Positions 29,597-38,586 of a stretch of 64,000 nucleotides of DNA are shown here, piece after piece; the first letter of the stretch is position 1, and each line of letters starts with the position of its first letter. Source of the DNA: an uncultured Pseudomonadota bacterium. Lineage in GTDB: Bacteria > Babelota > Babeliae > Babelales > Vermiphilaceae. The translations under genes were made by a program, and so were the position numbers. The stretch spans positions 15,675 through 79,674 of the forward strand of contig CAYGJB010000002.1 in the NCBI GenBank assembly GCA_964350195.1, written 5' to 3'. The notes beneath the pieces are model-generated. The model saw nothing but the letters and a program-made list of their open reading frames with translations, did no database searches and was not told the origin of the DNA.

Positions 29597-29660
29597 TATA
29601 TATAAAAAAGCGGGCTTCTGTAGCGCGCATTCAATCGAAGCAATCGCTTTTTTATATATA
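29597..29660. repeat. 16-bp perfect inverted repeat with a 32-nt spacer
   Basis: TATATATAAAAAAGCG (29597-29612) pairs with CGCTTTTTTATATATA (29645-29660). It lies in the 440-bp gap downstream of the recombinase pseudogene. Confidence 0.8.
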
Positions 29661-29857
29661 TTTCTTCTTTCTTGCAATACTACTTAGCTCCATTTTTTTG
29701 CCAACTATCCATGTATAAAAAGCATTTGGCACTATGATTAGCTCACAACAACTTTCATAGCTTTTCAGCTCTCCATCGAATTGAATCCATATGAAAGTAT
29801 TGTTGAATGCGAACAGCCTTCGTTCTCACCTTTTCTATAAATATCTATTAAATCATT

Positions 29858-29899
29858 AAAAAAACTGGCCCCGCCAGCCGAAGCCTTAGCGAAGGCTGG
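29858..29899 (-). terminator. GC-rich hairpins plus T-run overlapping the recombinase stop codon
   Basis: The minus strand reads CCAGCC..GGCTGG, then CTGG-cgggg-CCAG, followed by TTTTTTT. The segment is a strikingly GC-rich patch in AT-rich DNA. Confidence 0.4.
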
Positions 29900-31357
29900 T
29901 GCACCACTTTCTAGTTTTTTTCGATTCCATCAACATTTTAAACACCGGTTTCAGCTCTACATCGAGCTTTCCGTCCTTATATGAGCAGTGGTAAACTAGA
30001 ATGTTAATAAGCCGTCTTTTTTGATCAGTATTTTGCTTTTTAAAGAGCGGGAGGGCTTTCTTTGCAAGTTCTATAACAAGGTTGGCATTTTTAAGGTAAT
30101 TGCGATCGGCTTTTTGTAGAGATGAAAGCTTGTCGGTCAGTCGCTGTTTTTCATCTAGCCAGTTTGTAGTGTGAGATTGCCAAAATTCTTCGCTTATTTT
30201 TTTATCGAGCTTATCAAGATAGGCAGCATCAATCCTTTTCTGCAAGAACTTGATTTGGCGCTCTGTCTGGCCTACGACCTTGTTATGATATTCCATTTTG
30301 TCCACAAGGCTTGAGCGTAGTCCGTGTAGGATTAAGTCATGCGCTTCATCAGATATGGTAAGTGACTCTAGAACATCCTCAAAGGTGCTTTCAACCACTT
30401 CCTGCTTGAGATATGGCTGTTTGCAGTTTCCCTTATATCCCGTGCATCGATAGTAAATGTATTTTTCCTTTTTGAATTCAGCAGTTAATGCGCATCCGCA
30501 TATGCCACACTTCATTAAATTAGCATAAGGAAAGAGACCCTTTTTTGATTTGTTCTTATACGGGTTTCTGAGCATCCCTTGTACTTTATGATAGAATTCT
30601 TTTGAGATAATTGCTTCATGGGAAGCATTTTCGCATTTTTCTGATCCCCCGTAAAAAACTCCGGTATAGAATTCATTTTTAAGAATGTGCTCAACCTTGC
30701 TGCTATAGAAATTTTTTCCATTCCGATAAATCATGCCATCAGCAAGCATTTTTTTGCGAAGGCCTAGAAGAGAAAAGGAACCTGTGGCATAGAGATCGAA
30801 CATTTTTTCACGTATGGAGCTGTATCGGGATCGATTACAATGACTTTTTTGCCATCAACTCAGGCATTTAGATAGCCGTAAGGAGCTAGTGAAGGATATG
30901 TGCCTTGTGCTGCTTTTTCTTTCATGCCTTTTGTTACTTCTTCAGATAGAATATCAATATAGCTCTCTGCCATTACGGCTTTGATACTAAACATGAACTT
31001 TTCATTGGATCGTGCATCTTTGCCAAGAATCGAATTTTCTTTTGCCAAATGTACTGAGACATCTGAAGAGCTAAATAGCTTTTTGATGATCACATAATCA
31101 GACATGTTTCTGAGTAATCGATCAGTTTTTTCAACTAAGAGGTGTTTGATACCATGTTCTGCAATAAAATTGAGCATAAGGTTGAATTGCTTACGGCCAG
31201 CCTTTTTTGCAGTTTCGGCATCAATAAATTCTCTAGCAATGCTATAGCCATTTTTTGAGGCATATTCCTGCAAAAATTTAAGTTGGGCGGGAATAGAAAA
31301 CCCTTCAGATTCCTGATCTTTCGATGATACGCGAGCATAGATGACTGCTTTATTCAT
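29886..31357 (-). pseudogene. large serine recombinase, disrupted by an in-frame TGA and a homopolymer frameshift
   Basis: N-terminal resolvase domain (AVIYARVSSKDQ..., catalytic Ser). Recombinase domain (VIVIDPDTAPYVKKMFDLY), zinc ribbon (CGICGCALTAEF...YYRCTG) and coiled coil. A TGA at 30860-30862 is in frame with VDGKKVIVIDPDTAPYVKK. The A6 run (30803-30808) shifts the frame before MFDLYATG. Confidence 0.85.
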
Positions 31358-31536
31358 TATTCTTCTTTTTTCTTTGAGCTAGCGGCTTGTGTTTTTTGGA
31401 GATGTTCTTGTATAGCTTCAACTACAATTTCACGCATACTTTTACCCTGGACAGCAGCCATAGCCTTAAATCGCTTGTGATCAGCCTCAGGGATATCAAT
31501 AGTAATACGAGATAAACTTCTTTTTTTAGGTTTCAT
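31357..31536 (-). CDS. ribbon-helix-helix (CopG/ParG-like) DNA-binding protein, 59 aa; not in the supplied ORF track
   Basis: Hand translation gives MKPKKRSLSRITIDIPEADHKRFKAMAAVQGKSMREIVVEAIQEHLQKTQAASSKKKEE, a beta-strand plus two helices in the RHH pattern. GAGG RBS upstream. The TAA stop overlaps the recombinase ATG (TAATG). Confidence 0.7.
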   Translation of the reverse strand: MKPKKRSLSRITIDIPEADHKRFKAMAAVQGKSMREIVVEAIQEHLQKTQAASSKKKEE

Positions 31537-31572
31537 GAAGACCTCAGACAGCTAGATTGTATAGACTTTCTC

Positions 31573-32130
31573 TTATTCATTATACAGAAATAAAATGTTA
31601 GATTTTTTATCGAAGTGAAAGGTGTGTACTGCGAGGGATGATGGAGCATTGATCAGAATATTCTCTAGGGCATCTATTACACGTCTCATATAATGCTTAT
31701 ATTCTTCGATTGTAGGAAAAATAGAAGGGCATATTCCAGTTCTCGCATAGCTAATCATGGCATAATGTTCTTTGCGAAATTGTGCAGTATCAATGTTTTT
31801 TTGCGTAAGATTTTGGATAGCAATGTCATGGTACGCAAAATCATAGCGCTCAAAAAATACCATAATTTGGTTTAAACTATACCAGGCTGCAACTGTTTTA
31901 TATTGATCATAGTATGATTGCTTGAGTTCGGCCGTAGGATGATGAGGCATGCTATCGATCCAAGTTTTCATTTTTTCCTCCTCAGCCTGAATTTGCCTGC
32001 AAGCTTCATTGAAATAAGGGCGAGTAAGATTGAGTGCAAATTCATGAAGTAAGGGAAAAAAGAAAAAAGGGTCAGCGATATTTGATGCTTGAGAAAGAAT
32101 AGATTTTAATTTTTCGATTGAATTGATCAC
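31573..32130 (-). CDS. hypothetical protein (185 aa), first gene of the orf185-RHH-recombinase unit
   Basis: Long ORF, co-directional with the RHH gene and 36 nt upstream of it. No recognisable motifs. Confidence 0.5.
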   Translation of the reverse strand: MINSIEKLKSILSQASNIADPFFFFPLLHEFALNLTRPYFNEACRQIQAEEEKMKTWIDSMPHHPTAELKQSYYDQYKTVAAWYSLNQIMVFFERYDFAYHDIAIQNLTQKNIDTAQFRKEHYAMISYARTGICPSIFPTIEEYKHYMRRVIDALENILINAPSSLAVHTFHFDKKSNILFLYNE

Positions 32131-32235
32131 TTTTTATTACTTCTTGAGGTATTGGATTATGCAAACGAAAAAGTTCTAAAATAATCCGATAGTGCACATG
32201 TGCACCTTTGACGAATATTTGGGAAATGAAAAAGA

Positions 32236-33330
32236 ATGGCGGATTGTAGAAAACTAATGAAGAATTTTTTGATTTACTATTTACTTGTTACTGCTTGTTC
32301 AACTCTTATAGGTCATGGCTTCAGTGTACACACGCTTATTCATGTTGCCGATGGCTCATGCATTGAAATTGAACAATTGTGCCGTCAGACGCTACATAAA
32401 AAGGTGATAGTTGCAACATATGATAATAAGGGTGGTTTTGGGAGTAAAAGTGTAAAAAGATGTGGTCGCAGTAAAACAGAGCAATTCATTAACGTTTGGC
32501 TTGAAGGACACGATAAAATTACGTGCACTCCAGTACAGGAATTTTATCGTGCATCAACGAAGCAATGGGTGCCAGCATACAAACTTAAGATAGGCGATGT
32601 TCTCTTTTGTAAAAATGTAAATAAAAGTATTTCTTACGTAGAATATGTCAAAAAGAGGATTGATGTTTTCATATTTGAGATGCCTCGGCCACACACTTTT
32701 TTTGTCGGACGTAGCGGTGTATTAACACACAACATGGCCTTGCCTATTGTCTGGAGCATTGGTGCAAGTGTGTCGCTTGGCACTGTGGCTGGAAGTTCTC
32801 TCGGATCTTTTTTTGGACCGGTAACATTAATGGCAGGAGCTGTTGTAGGCTCTTTAATAGGTGTATGTGTTTCAATAGTGCAGCATGATCACATACCAAA
32901 ATATTCTTTTGAGAGTATCAATATACATTTATTTGATGAATACCTACAGCGCAATCAGAGATCAACATCGGTTGATAGTAATGGTGGAACTATAAGTTCT
33001 ACTCCAGACGGTCCAAAAAAAGATGATGAAGAAGAAAAAAAATATGAAATATCTGACAAGGATAAAAATCATATTTTCAGAAATTCAGAAGGGCATTTTT
33101 CAAAAGATACCCCGGAATCTAGAGCAATAATAGAGAGTATGGTTAATAAAAAGGGTAATTTTAAAGGGTTTGATAAGTATGGTAATGAAGTTTATTTGGA
33201 AAATTTACCAGACGGTTTTCAAATATGGGCAAAAGCAAGAAATGGCCAGATAAGATGGGCAGGTAAGAATGCAGTGCCATGGAGCTATGAATTGGGTATA
33301 GATTTAATTAGACCGCTTGTTAAAAATTAG
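32236..33330 (+). CDS. secreted HINT-domain polymorphic-toxin-like protein
   Basis: Signal or TM leader. HINT/bacterial intein-like module about aa 29-166 (FSVHTLIHVADGS...IGDVLF...HTFFVG..GVLTHN). Gly-zipper TM region (aa 168-215). Polar linker, then a roughly 95-aa C-terminal module (NHIFRNSEGHF...GFQIWAKARNGQIRWAGKN). Confidence 0.7.
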   Translation: MADCRKLMKNFLIYYLLVTACSTLIGHGFSVHTLIHVADGSCIEIEQLCRQTLHKKVIVATYDNKGGFGSKSVKRCGRSKTEQFINVWLEGHDKITCTPVQEFYRASTKQWVPAYKLKIGDVLFCKNVNKSISYVEYVKKRIDVFIFEMPRPHTFFVGRSGVLTHNMALPIVWSIGASVSLGTVAGSSLGSFFGPVTLMAGAVVGSLIGVCVSIVQHDHIPKYSFESINIHLFDEYLQRNQRSTSVDSNGGTISSTPDGPKKDDEEEKKYEISDKDKNHIFRNSEGHFSKDTPESRAIIESMVNKKGNFKGFDKYGNEVYLENLPDGFQIWAKARNGQIRWAGKNAVPWSYELGIDLIRPLVKN

Positions 33331-33342
33331 ATTAGGGATTCT

Positions 33343-33750
33343 ATGAAAAACGAACTGACTAAGCTAGAAGCTTTTAAAGCGATGACTAAGTTTCTAGAAA
33401 AGTGGTATGAGCTTACAAAGTCTGACGATATTGGATCGCTTCTTGGTGGTATAGATATAAATTTTTGGTGTAATGGTAAGCCATTTGATCCGGCTTTGTG
33501 GGGTGATTGGTTAGATGCTATTAATGTTGTTTTTAATAAGAAAGATGTAGACATTTTGACCGTTGAAGAGGCTTTTGAGGTTGTAACAAAGTTTTTGGAA
33601 AAATTGTATGTATATCCAATACCTGATGACATCCAAAGTTTATTAAGTGGTATGGGCACCGATCCTGCTTTTTATGAAGACTGGAAAAAGTCTATTTTTG
33701 AAACATTAAAATCACGTAATAATTATTGGGAGAAATGCACTAATGATTAA
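33343..33750 (+). CDS. candidate immunity protein with internal duplication
   Basis: Starts 12 nt after the toxin gene. It has two homologous halves: [33 protein letters not shown] and [33 protein letters not shown]. Small, acidic and cytoplasmic. Confidence 0.55.
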   Translation: MKNELTKLEAFKAMTKFLEKWYELTKSDDIGSLLGGIDINFWCNGKPFDPALWGDWLDAINVVFNKKDVDILTVEEAFEVVTKFLEKLYVYPIPDDIQSLLSGMGTDPAFYEDWKKSIFETLKSRNNYWEKCTND

Positions 33751-34084
33751 TTTGCCAAAATGTCCAAAATGTAGTTCAGAGTATACTTATGAAGATAATA
33801 GAATTTTGATTTGCCCTGAATGCGCTCATGAGTGGAACGTAGAAGCAGAAATCAGCAAGGTTGAAAATAAAAAGATTGTCAAAGATGCGCATGGAAATAT
33901 CTTGAATGATGGGGACTCTGTAGCGCTCATCAAAGATCTTAAACTAAAAGGAAGTTCATCGACCATAAAAGCTGGTACAAAAGTAAAAAACATACGGTTG
34001 GTCGATGAAGATCATAATATTGATTGCAAAGTTGATGGATTTGGCAAAATTGGTTTGAAATCTGAATTTGTCAAAAAAATATAG
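33743..34084 (+). CDS. yjdM: PhnA/YjdM zinc-ribbon protein
   Basis: [12 protein letters not shown]...CPECAHEW zinc ribbon plus a C-terminal SH3-like domain (D.NGN.L.DGDSV..IKDLK.KG.S..IK.GTKV..IRL). 113 aa. Confidence 0.85.
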   Translation: MINLPKCPKCSSEYTYEDNRILICPECAHEWNVEAEISKVENKKIVKDAHGNILNDGDSVALIKDLKLKGSSSTIKAGTKVKNIRLVDEDHNIDCKVDGFGKIGLKSEFVKKI

Positions 34085-34110
34085 CATTAGAATAAAGCAT
34101 GTTTTTTAGA

Positions 34111-34192
<82 letters not shown>

Positions 34193-34249
34193 AAAATGAG
34201 TTCAAAAAATAAGAACTATTAGTATACCCTAGGGCACACAAACCGCAAA

Positions 34250-35764
34250 TTATACACCTTTATTCTGAGGCGCCACAAACAACTTGCCAAACTCTTTCGC
34301 CACATCTTTGAGTCGTTCGATCATTTCATCAGAAATTTCTTGTGTATAAAAAATGGTATCGTACAACTCTTCTTTATAAACCGATTTTACATAGCTCACA
34401 AACTGAGTTACAAACGCATGCAACTGTGCCACTTTCACCGATTCTAAAAAATCATAGCGAAGAAGAAACAGCATGAGTGATTGATCCACAAAAGAGTAGG
34501 TGACGTATTGCGGCTGTTTTAAAAGTTCTATTGCGCGCTCTCCACGAGCTAACCTGCGCTTGGCCACATCATCGAGCTCAGTGCCAAACTGGGCAAAATC
34601 AAGAAGCTCATGATACTGAGCAAGATCAAGCCGCAATGCTTTGGTCATCTTCTTAATTGCATCTGTTTGAGCAGCACCCCCTACACGAGACACAGAAAGC
34701 TCTGCGTTCACGGCCGGACGAATACCCTGATTGAAAAGCTGGGTATCTAGAAATATTTGGCCATCAGTGATTGAAATCAGGTTGGTTGAAATATAAGAAG
34801 TAATATCGTCACTTTGAATCTGCACAATAGGAAGAGCAGTGAGCGAACTTCCAGATTTCAGCTTACCGGCACGTTCAAGCAAACGGGAATGCAGATAAAA
34901 AACATCTCCTGGATAAGCTTCGCGCCCTGGAGCTCTGCGTAAAAGCAAAGACATTTCACGATACGCAACTGCATGATTACTTAAGTCATCGTAAATGATT
35001 AATGCATCATGCCCTTTCTCTCTGAAATATTCACCGATCGTACAACCAGCATACGGCACCAAGTATTGATTTAATACCGCTTCGCTTGCTTCTGCGCTAA
35101 TGATAACGGTGTAATCTAATGCGCCATTTTCTTGCAGCAAACGCATAATACGAGCAACATTCGCTTGCCGTTGGCCGATAGCCACATAAATACAAATCAT
35201 ATTTTTATCGCGCTGATGCATAATTGTATCAATAACCAGAGACGTTTTACCGGTATTACGGTTACCAATAATCAGCTCCCGTTGGCCCCTACCAATAGGA
35301 AAAAGTGCATCAACTGCTATGGTGCCGGTCTCAAGCGATTGATTCACTGGAGAGCGTTCGATAATGCCTGGAATTTCCCACTCAATAGGCCAATGATCAT
35401 CATATTTAATTTCACCAAGACCATCCACGGGATTTCCCATGGCGTCAATTACACGACCAAGCAAATTCATACCAACTGGCGTTTTGAATACGCTACCGGT
35501 ACGTTTTGCAACTTCACGTTCATTCACCGGAATGTTGCTATGTAACAAAAAAATAGAAACGATATCTTCGTCTAGTTGAAGAACAATTCCCTGATTGCCC
35601 CCTTCAAAAATAATAAGCTCATGATACACAGCATTGTTGAGCCCATGCACTCGGCAGATACTATCACCCACCTGTACCACTATACCGATTTCTTCCAACT
35701 TTTCCTCGGGAAGATCACGCAGTGATTGTTCAAAAAGCGACACCAAATCAATATTTTTTTCCAT
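34250..35764 (-). CDS. atpA: F1 ATP synthase subunit alpha
   Basis: 504 aa. GRVIDAMGNPVDG, P-loop GNRNTGKTS, DDLS.HA.AYRE.SLLLRR.PGREAYPGDVFY.HSRLLER. Confidence 0.95.
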   Translation of the reverse strand: MEKNIDLVSLFEQSLRDLPEEKLEEIGIVVQVGDSICRVHGLNNAVYHELIIFEGGNQGIVLQLDEDIVSIFLLHSNIPVNEREVAKRTGSVFKTPVGMNLLGRVIDAMGNPVDGLGEIKYDDHWPIEWEIPGIIERSPVNQSLETGTIAVDALFPIGRGQRELIIGNRNTGKTSLVIDTIMHQRDKNMICIYVAIGQRQANVARIMRLLQENGALDYTVIISAEASEAVLNQYLVPYAGCTIGEYFREKGHDALIIYDDLSNHAVAYREMSLLLRRAPGREAYPGDVFYLHSRLLERAGKLKSGSSLTALPIVQIQSDDITSYISTNLISITDGQIFLDTQLFNQGIRPAVNAELSVSRVGGAAQTDAIKKMTKALRLDLAQYHELLDFAQFGTELDDVAKRRLARGERAIELLKQPQYVTYSFVDQSLMLFLLRYDFLESVKVAQLHAFVTQFVSYVKSVYKEELYDTIFYTQEISDEMIERLKDVAKEFGKLFVAPQNKGV

Positions 35765-35770
35765 AATTCC

Positions 35771-36307
35771 TCAACAAATGTGCGTACGTGCACATGCGCG
35801 CAAATACTTTTGAACCGATGATTCCCACAGCAATGCTCCACTCGAAATTTTTATCCCCGCAATCAATGCCGGTGCCACTCGAAATTCAAACTCTTTCGTT
35901 CCTTTAAAATGACCTTGCGCAAAAGAAACGAGCTCTCTTTTGGTCTCATCAGACAATGAGCATGAGCTTTCTACGAGAACAGTTACTATATTATGAACTT
36001 TATTATATTGGACTACGATTGCCTCAAAAACTTGTAATAGAAAATAGCCTCGCCGATGCTCAATAAGCAAATCAAATAAGCGAATAAATGGTGCTGCTGG
36101 CAGATCAAATCGCGCACAAAGCTCCTTCACCCCTTTTCGCTTTACCTCTGGCTTGATCGTGGGCACGGTGAGCAAAAATAATGCTCGGCGATGATCTTTA
36201 AAAAAGGTTATTGTTTTTTTTAATTGATTAATTGTATCGCGAGAAATTTCCGGTCCGAATAGATTGATGAATGCTTGTGCGTATTTCTGTGCCATTGGAG
36301 ATATCAT
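35771..36307 (-). CDS. atpH: F1 ATP synthase subunit delta (OSCP)
   Basis: 178 aa. The N-terminal A.KYAQAF, the size, and the position between atpF and atpA support the call. It overlaps the atpF stop. Confidence 0.75.
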   Translation of the reverse strand: MISPMAQKYAQAFINLFGPEISRDTINQLKKTITFFKDHRRALFLLTVPTIKPEVKRKGVKELCARFDLPAAPFIRLFDLLIEHRRGYFLLQVFEAIVVQYNKVHNIVTVLVESSCSLSDETKRELVSFAQGHFKGTKEFEFRVAPALIAGIKISSGALLWESSVQKYLRACARTHIC

Positions 36308-36804
36308 GCACTCTCCATTCTTTTCATCGCTTTTGAAATAAACAGCTCTTGCGATTTCTCTGCTGCAAACTTACTCGAAAGATTTTCTTTTATTTCGGCC
36401 AAAGCATCCCCTTTTACCGATTGATACAGACGGTATTCAGATACACGAGCAATCTGTTCTTTTAGACGAATATCAAGCTTTTTCTTGCGATCATCAAGCG
36501 CAGTGGCCATAGCGTAATGCTCCTTATCAACCGCCTGCCGCCATGTAAATAAACGCTCTTTAAGCATCGCTCGGTCCTCATCCTCAAAACGAATCGTCTT
36601 TTTTATATTATTGTGCTCTTTGCGTAATACCGTATGGGTACGAGATAATGTATCGAGGTAATCAATCTGAGCATTATAAGCAGATTGAACTATTTGCCTT
36701 CCAAAACGCTTCCATAGATACCAAAAAATACCAATCAAAACCCCGAAATTGGCCAAGCGAAAAAAAATGAGAATGGTCTGAGAACTATTCATAGCGTTCC
36801 TCAA
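36304..36804 (-). CDS. atpF: Fo ATP synthase subunit b
   Basis: Single N-terminal TM helix plus a long charged helix. The operon position fits. Confidence 0.7.
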   Translation of the reverse strand: MRNAMNSSQTILIFFRLANFGVLIGIFWYLWKRFGRQIVQSAYNAQIDYLDTLSRTHTVLRKEHNNIKKTIRFEDEDRAMLKERLFTWRQAVDKEHYAMATALDDRKKKLDIRLKEQIARVSEYRLYQSVKGDALAEIKENLSSKFAAEKSQELFISKAMKRMESA

Positions 36805-37156
36805 ACTCTTGCGCTATAGCACGTACGAGCTTATTCCGTACCACCTTCTGTTCTGATTCAGAAAATGGTTTGATACTGATCATCGGCGAGATACCTCTAA
36901 AAAGAGATACGTGTGATTTTACAGAAGGAATATATTCTGCACACCAGCCAGTAAAGCGTACCCAAGCAGCTTTTTGATGTTGACGCTCTGTTTCAACAGA
37001 GTGCTTATCATGCGTAACGGTATCTTCGAGAGAATGTCGATGGGCCTCCTGCACACACAACTCACGATAAGCTGGTTTTAAAAAAAAATAGCGAAAAAGA
37101 AGATAGGCAATAAAAAAATTGCCCGCCTGGACAAATATCGTGGCATTAATATTCAT
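36785..37156 (-). CDS. Fo ATP synthase subunit b'-like (divergent)
   Basis: MNINATIFVQAGNFFIAYLLFRYFFLKP is a b-type N-terminus. The gene sits between c and b as in b/b' operons. The ATG at 37156 is preferred over the TTG at 37165. The C-terminal part is atypical. Confidence 0.55.
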   Translation of the reverse strand: MNINATIFVQAGNFFIAYLLFRYFFLKPAYRELCVQEAHRHSLEDTVTHDKHSVETERQHQKAAWVRFTGWCAEYIPSVKSHVSLFRGISPMISIKPFSESEQKVVRNKLVRAIAQEFEERYE

Positions 37157-37308
37157 AGAAACCAACCATTAGAAAGCACCATGTATGGAAAATGTGGAAA
37201 AGTTTTTTTCATTAGCGCACCGTCCGCTTCACTATATTCCATTTATTATAAAAACAATATAGCTAAAAATAGCGCGGAAGCGCAAAATATTCAATATCTT
37301 ATTGTAGC

Positions 37309-37563
37309 CTAATTGGTAGCATATCCAACGTAGATAAGCGCCCCTGCAATGAGTAATGCATAGATTGCCGCCGTTTCTACAAGTCCCATAGCAATCATCA
37401 TTGTGGTACGAATCTTCCCGGCGCTTTCAGGATACTTCCCCATACTTTCACATGCCTTCATACCAATAAGGCCTTGTCCTAAAGCTGGCCCAATAGAACC
37501 GATTCCCATCGCAATCGCAGCTCCTAAAAAAGCGGCAGCTTTAACATAAAAGATACCTTCCAT
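37309..37563 (-). CDS. atpE: Fo ATP synthase subunit c
   Basis: 84 aa helical hairpin with GxGxGxG (GIGSIGPALGQG) and the ion-binding carboxylate in GLVETAAIYAL. Confidence 0.92.
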   Translation of the reverse strand: MEGIFYVKAAAFLGAAIAMGIGSIGPALGQGLIGMKACESMGKYPESAGKIRTTMMIAMGLVETAAIYALLIAGALIYVGYATN

Positions 37564-37675
37564 AATATCCCTCGTGAGTTAGGTTTTTAGAATTATTTTT
37601 TCCCGTTAGCACACTGCCATGCTTACCTATTCCCTATTTTAATGCCTTTTTCATTTTTTTTACAAGGTTTTATAG

Positions 37676-38398
37676 CTATAGGGAAAAAATCGATGAACGA
37701 TTTGAGTCGATTGGCAAATAAGGCATAACAAAAGCACCAACCGCTTCCACATGCTTTTCCTGCTCTGCGCGATTGTCTTCGAACTCAGCATCACAATCAA
37801 GAATCAAAACGGGAACATCTTTTAAAATCGGCGCAACTCCCTCTTTCTCAACAAGCCACCTTTCATGCTTTTCATGAACACGCGTAATATAATCAAGAGA
37901 AACCTGGGCTTCTTCGTGACGATTTCTCTTTTTCAAGCGATCATAGCAAATGGTTGGTTTGGTTCGAAGATAAATAAATCCATCAGGCTGCGCCATATAC
38001 GATTCAACAAGCCAGGTAAACCATTCTTTGTATATTTTCCATTCAAGAGCGTTCATATACCCAAGCTCATAGCAGTTATAGGCAAAACAATAACGATCAG
38101 AAAATACCGATCGTTCAAGCAGTTGTACCAAATAGGGATTAATACGAGCGTGAGCTTGCTGATTCATTATCCTACTCACGAATGCATAGGACTGAAAGCT
38201 ATAGGCCCAACGCTTGGGATCTTTATAAAATTGATCTAAAAGGTTGTGTCCGCCTCCCACATCCTGCCATTGCTCATGGGGTTCCAGCACCACTTGAATA
38301 TTGAGATACTGTTTAAGCATCTTCAAAAAAGTGGACTTTCCGGCACCAATATTGCCTTCAATAATAAAATGACGTTGCTTTTCTGGCTCTTTTATCAT
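37676..38398 (-). CDS. deoxynucleoside kinase (dAK/dGK/dCK family)
   Basis: P-loop IEGNIGAGKST, the LERS.FSDRYCF (ERS) motif and the LR(T/R) lid region. 240 aa. Confidence 0.88.
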   Translation of the reverse strand: MIKEPEKQRHFIIEGNIGAGKSTFLKMLKQYLNIQVVLEPHEQWQDVGGGHNLLDQFYKDPKRWAYSFQSYAFVSRIMNQQAHARINPYLVQLLERSVFSDRYCFAYNCYELGYMNALEWKIYKEWFTWLVESYMAQPDGFIYLRTKPTICYDRLKKRNRHEEAQVSLDYITRVHEKHERWLVEKEGVAPILKDVPVLILDCDAEFEDNRAEQEKHVEAVGAFVMPYLPIDSNRSSIFSL

Positions 38399-38586
38399 AA
38401 TAGTCCTTTTAGCGCTGAGTAAATAACGACATTCATATTACTAAAATCCCCGCATTTGGCAAAAAAGAAGCTCTTTAAATCACCTCTTTGTCATCATCGT
38501 TAAAAAAAAGTACACTGCAATCTAAGATATGGAGCATATGGAGCTATTCAACTTAATAACTATGATAGAAAATTAGAGTTTGAATC

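Noticed and set aside
29890-29906. CTGGTGCACCA at the recombinase 3' end looked like a duplicated tRNA 3' end (att remnant).
   Set aside because: Only about 6 nt are shared with tRNA-Arg(TCT) (TGGTGC). There is no T-arm homology. It is better explained as part of a GC-rich terminator hairpin.
30860-30862. In-frame TGA codons in the recombinase (30860-30862) and the IS5 relic (about 62545) raised the possibility of TGA=Trp (genetic code 4) or selenocysteine recoding.
   Set aside because: All long housekeeping ORFs (groEL, bamA, uvrB, atpA, cysS and others) are intact under the standard code. The only interrupted genes are mobile-element genes, and these also carry frameshift, deletion or TAA lesions. 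Ordinary pseudogenisation explains the pattern.
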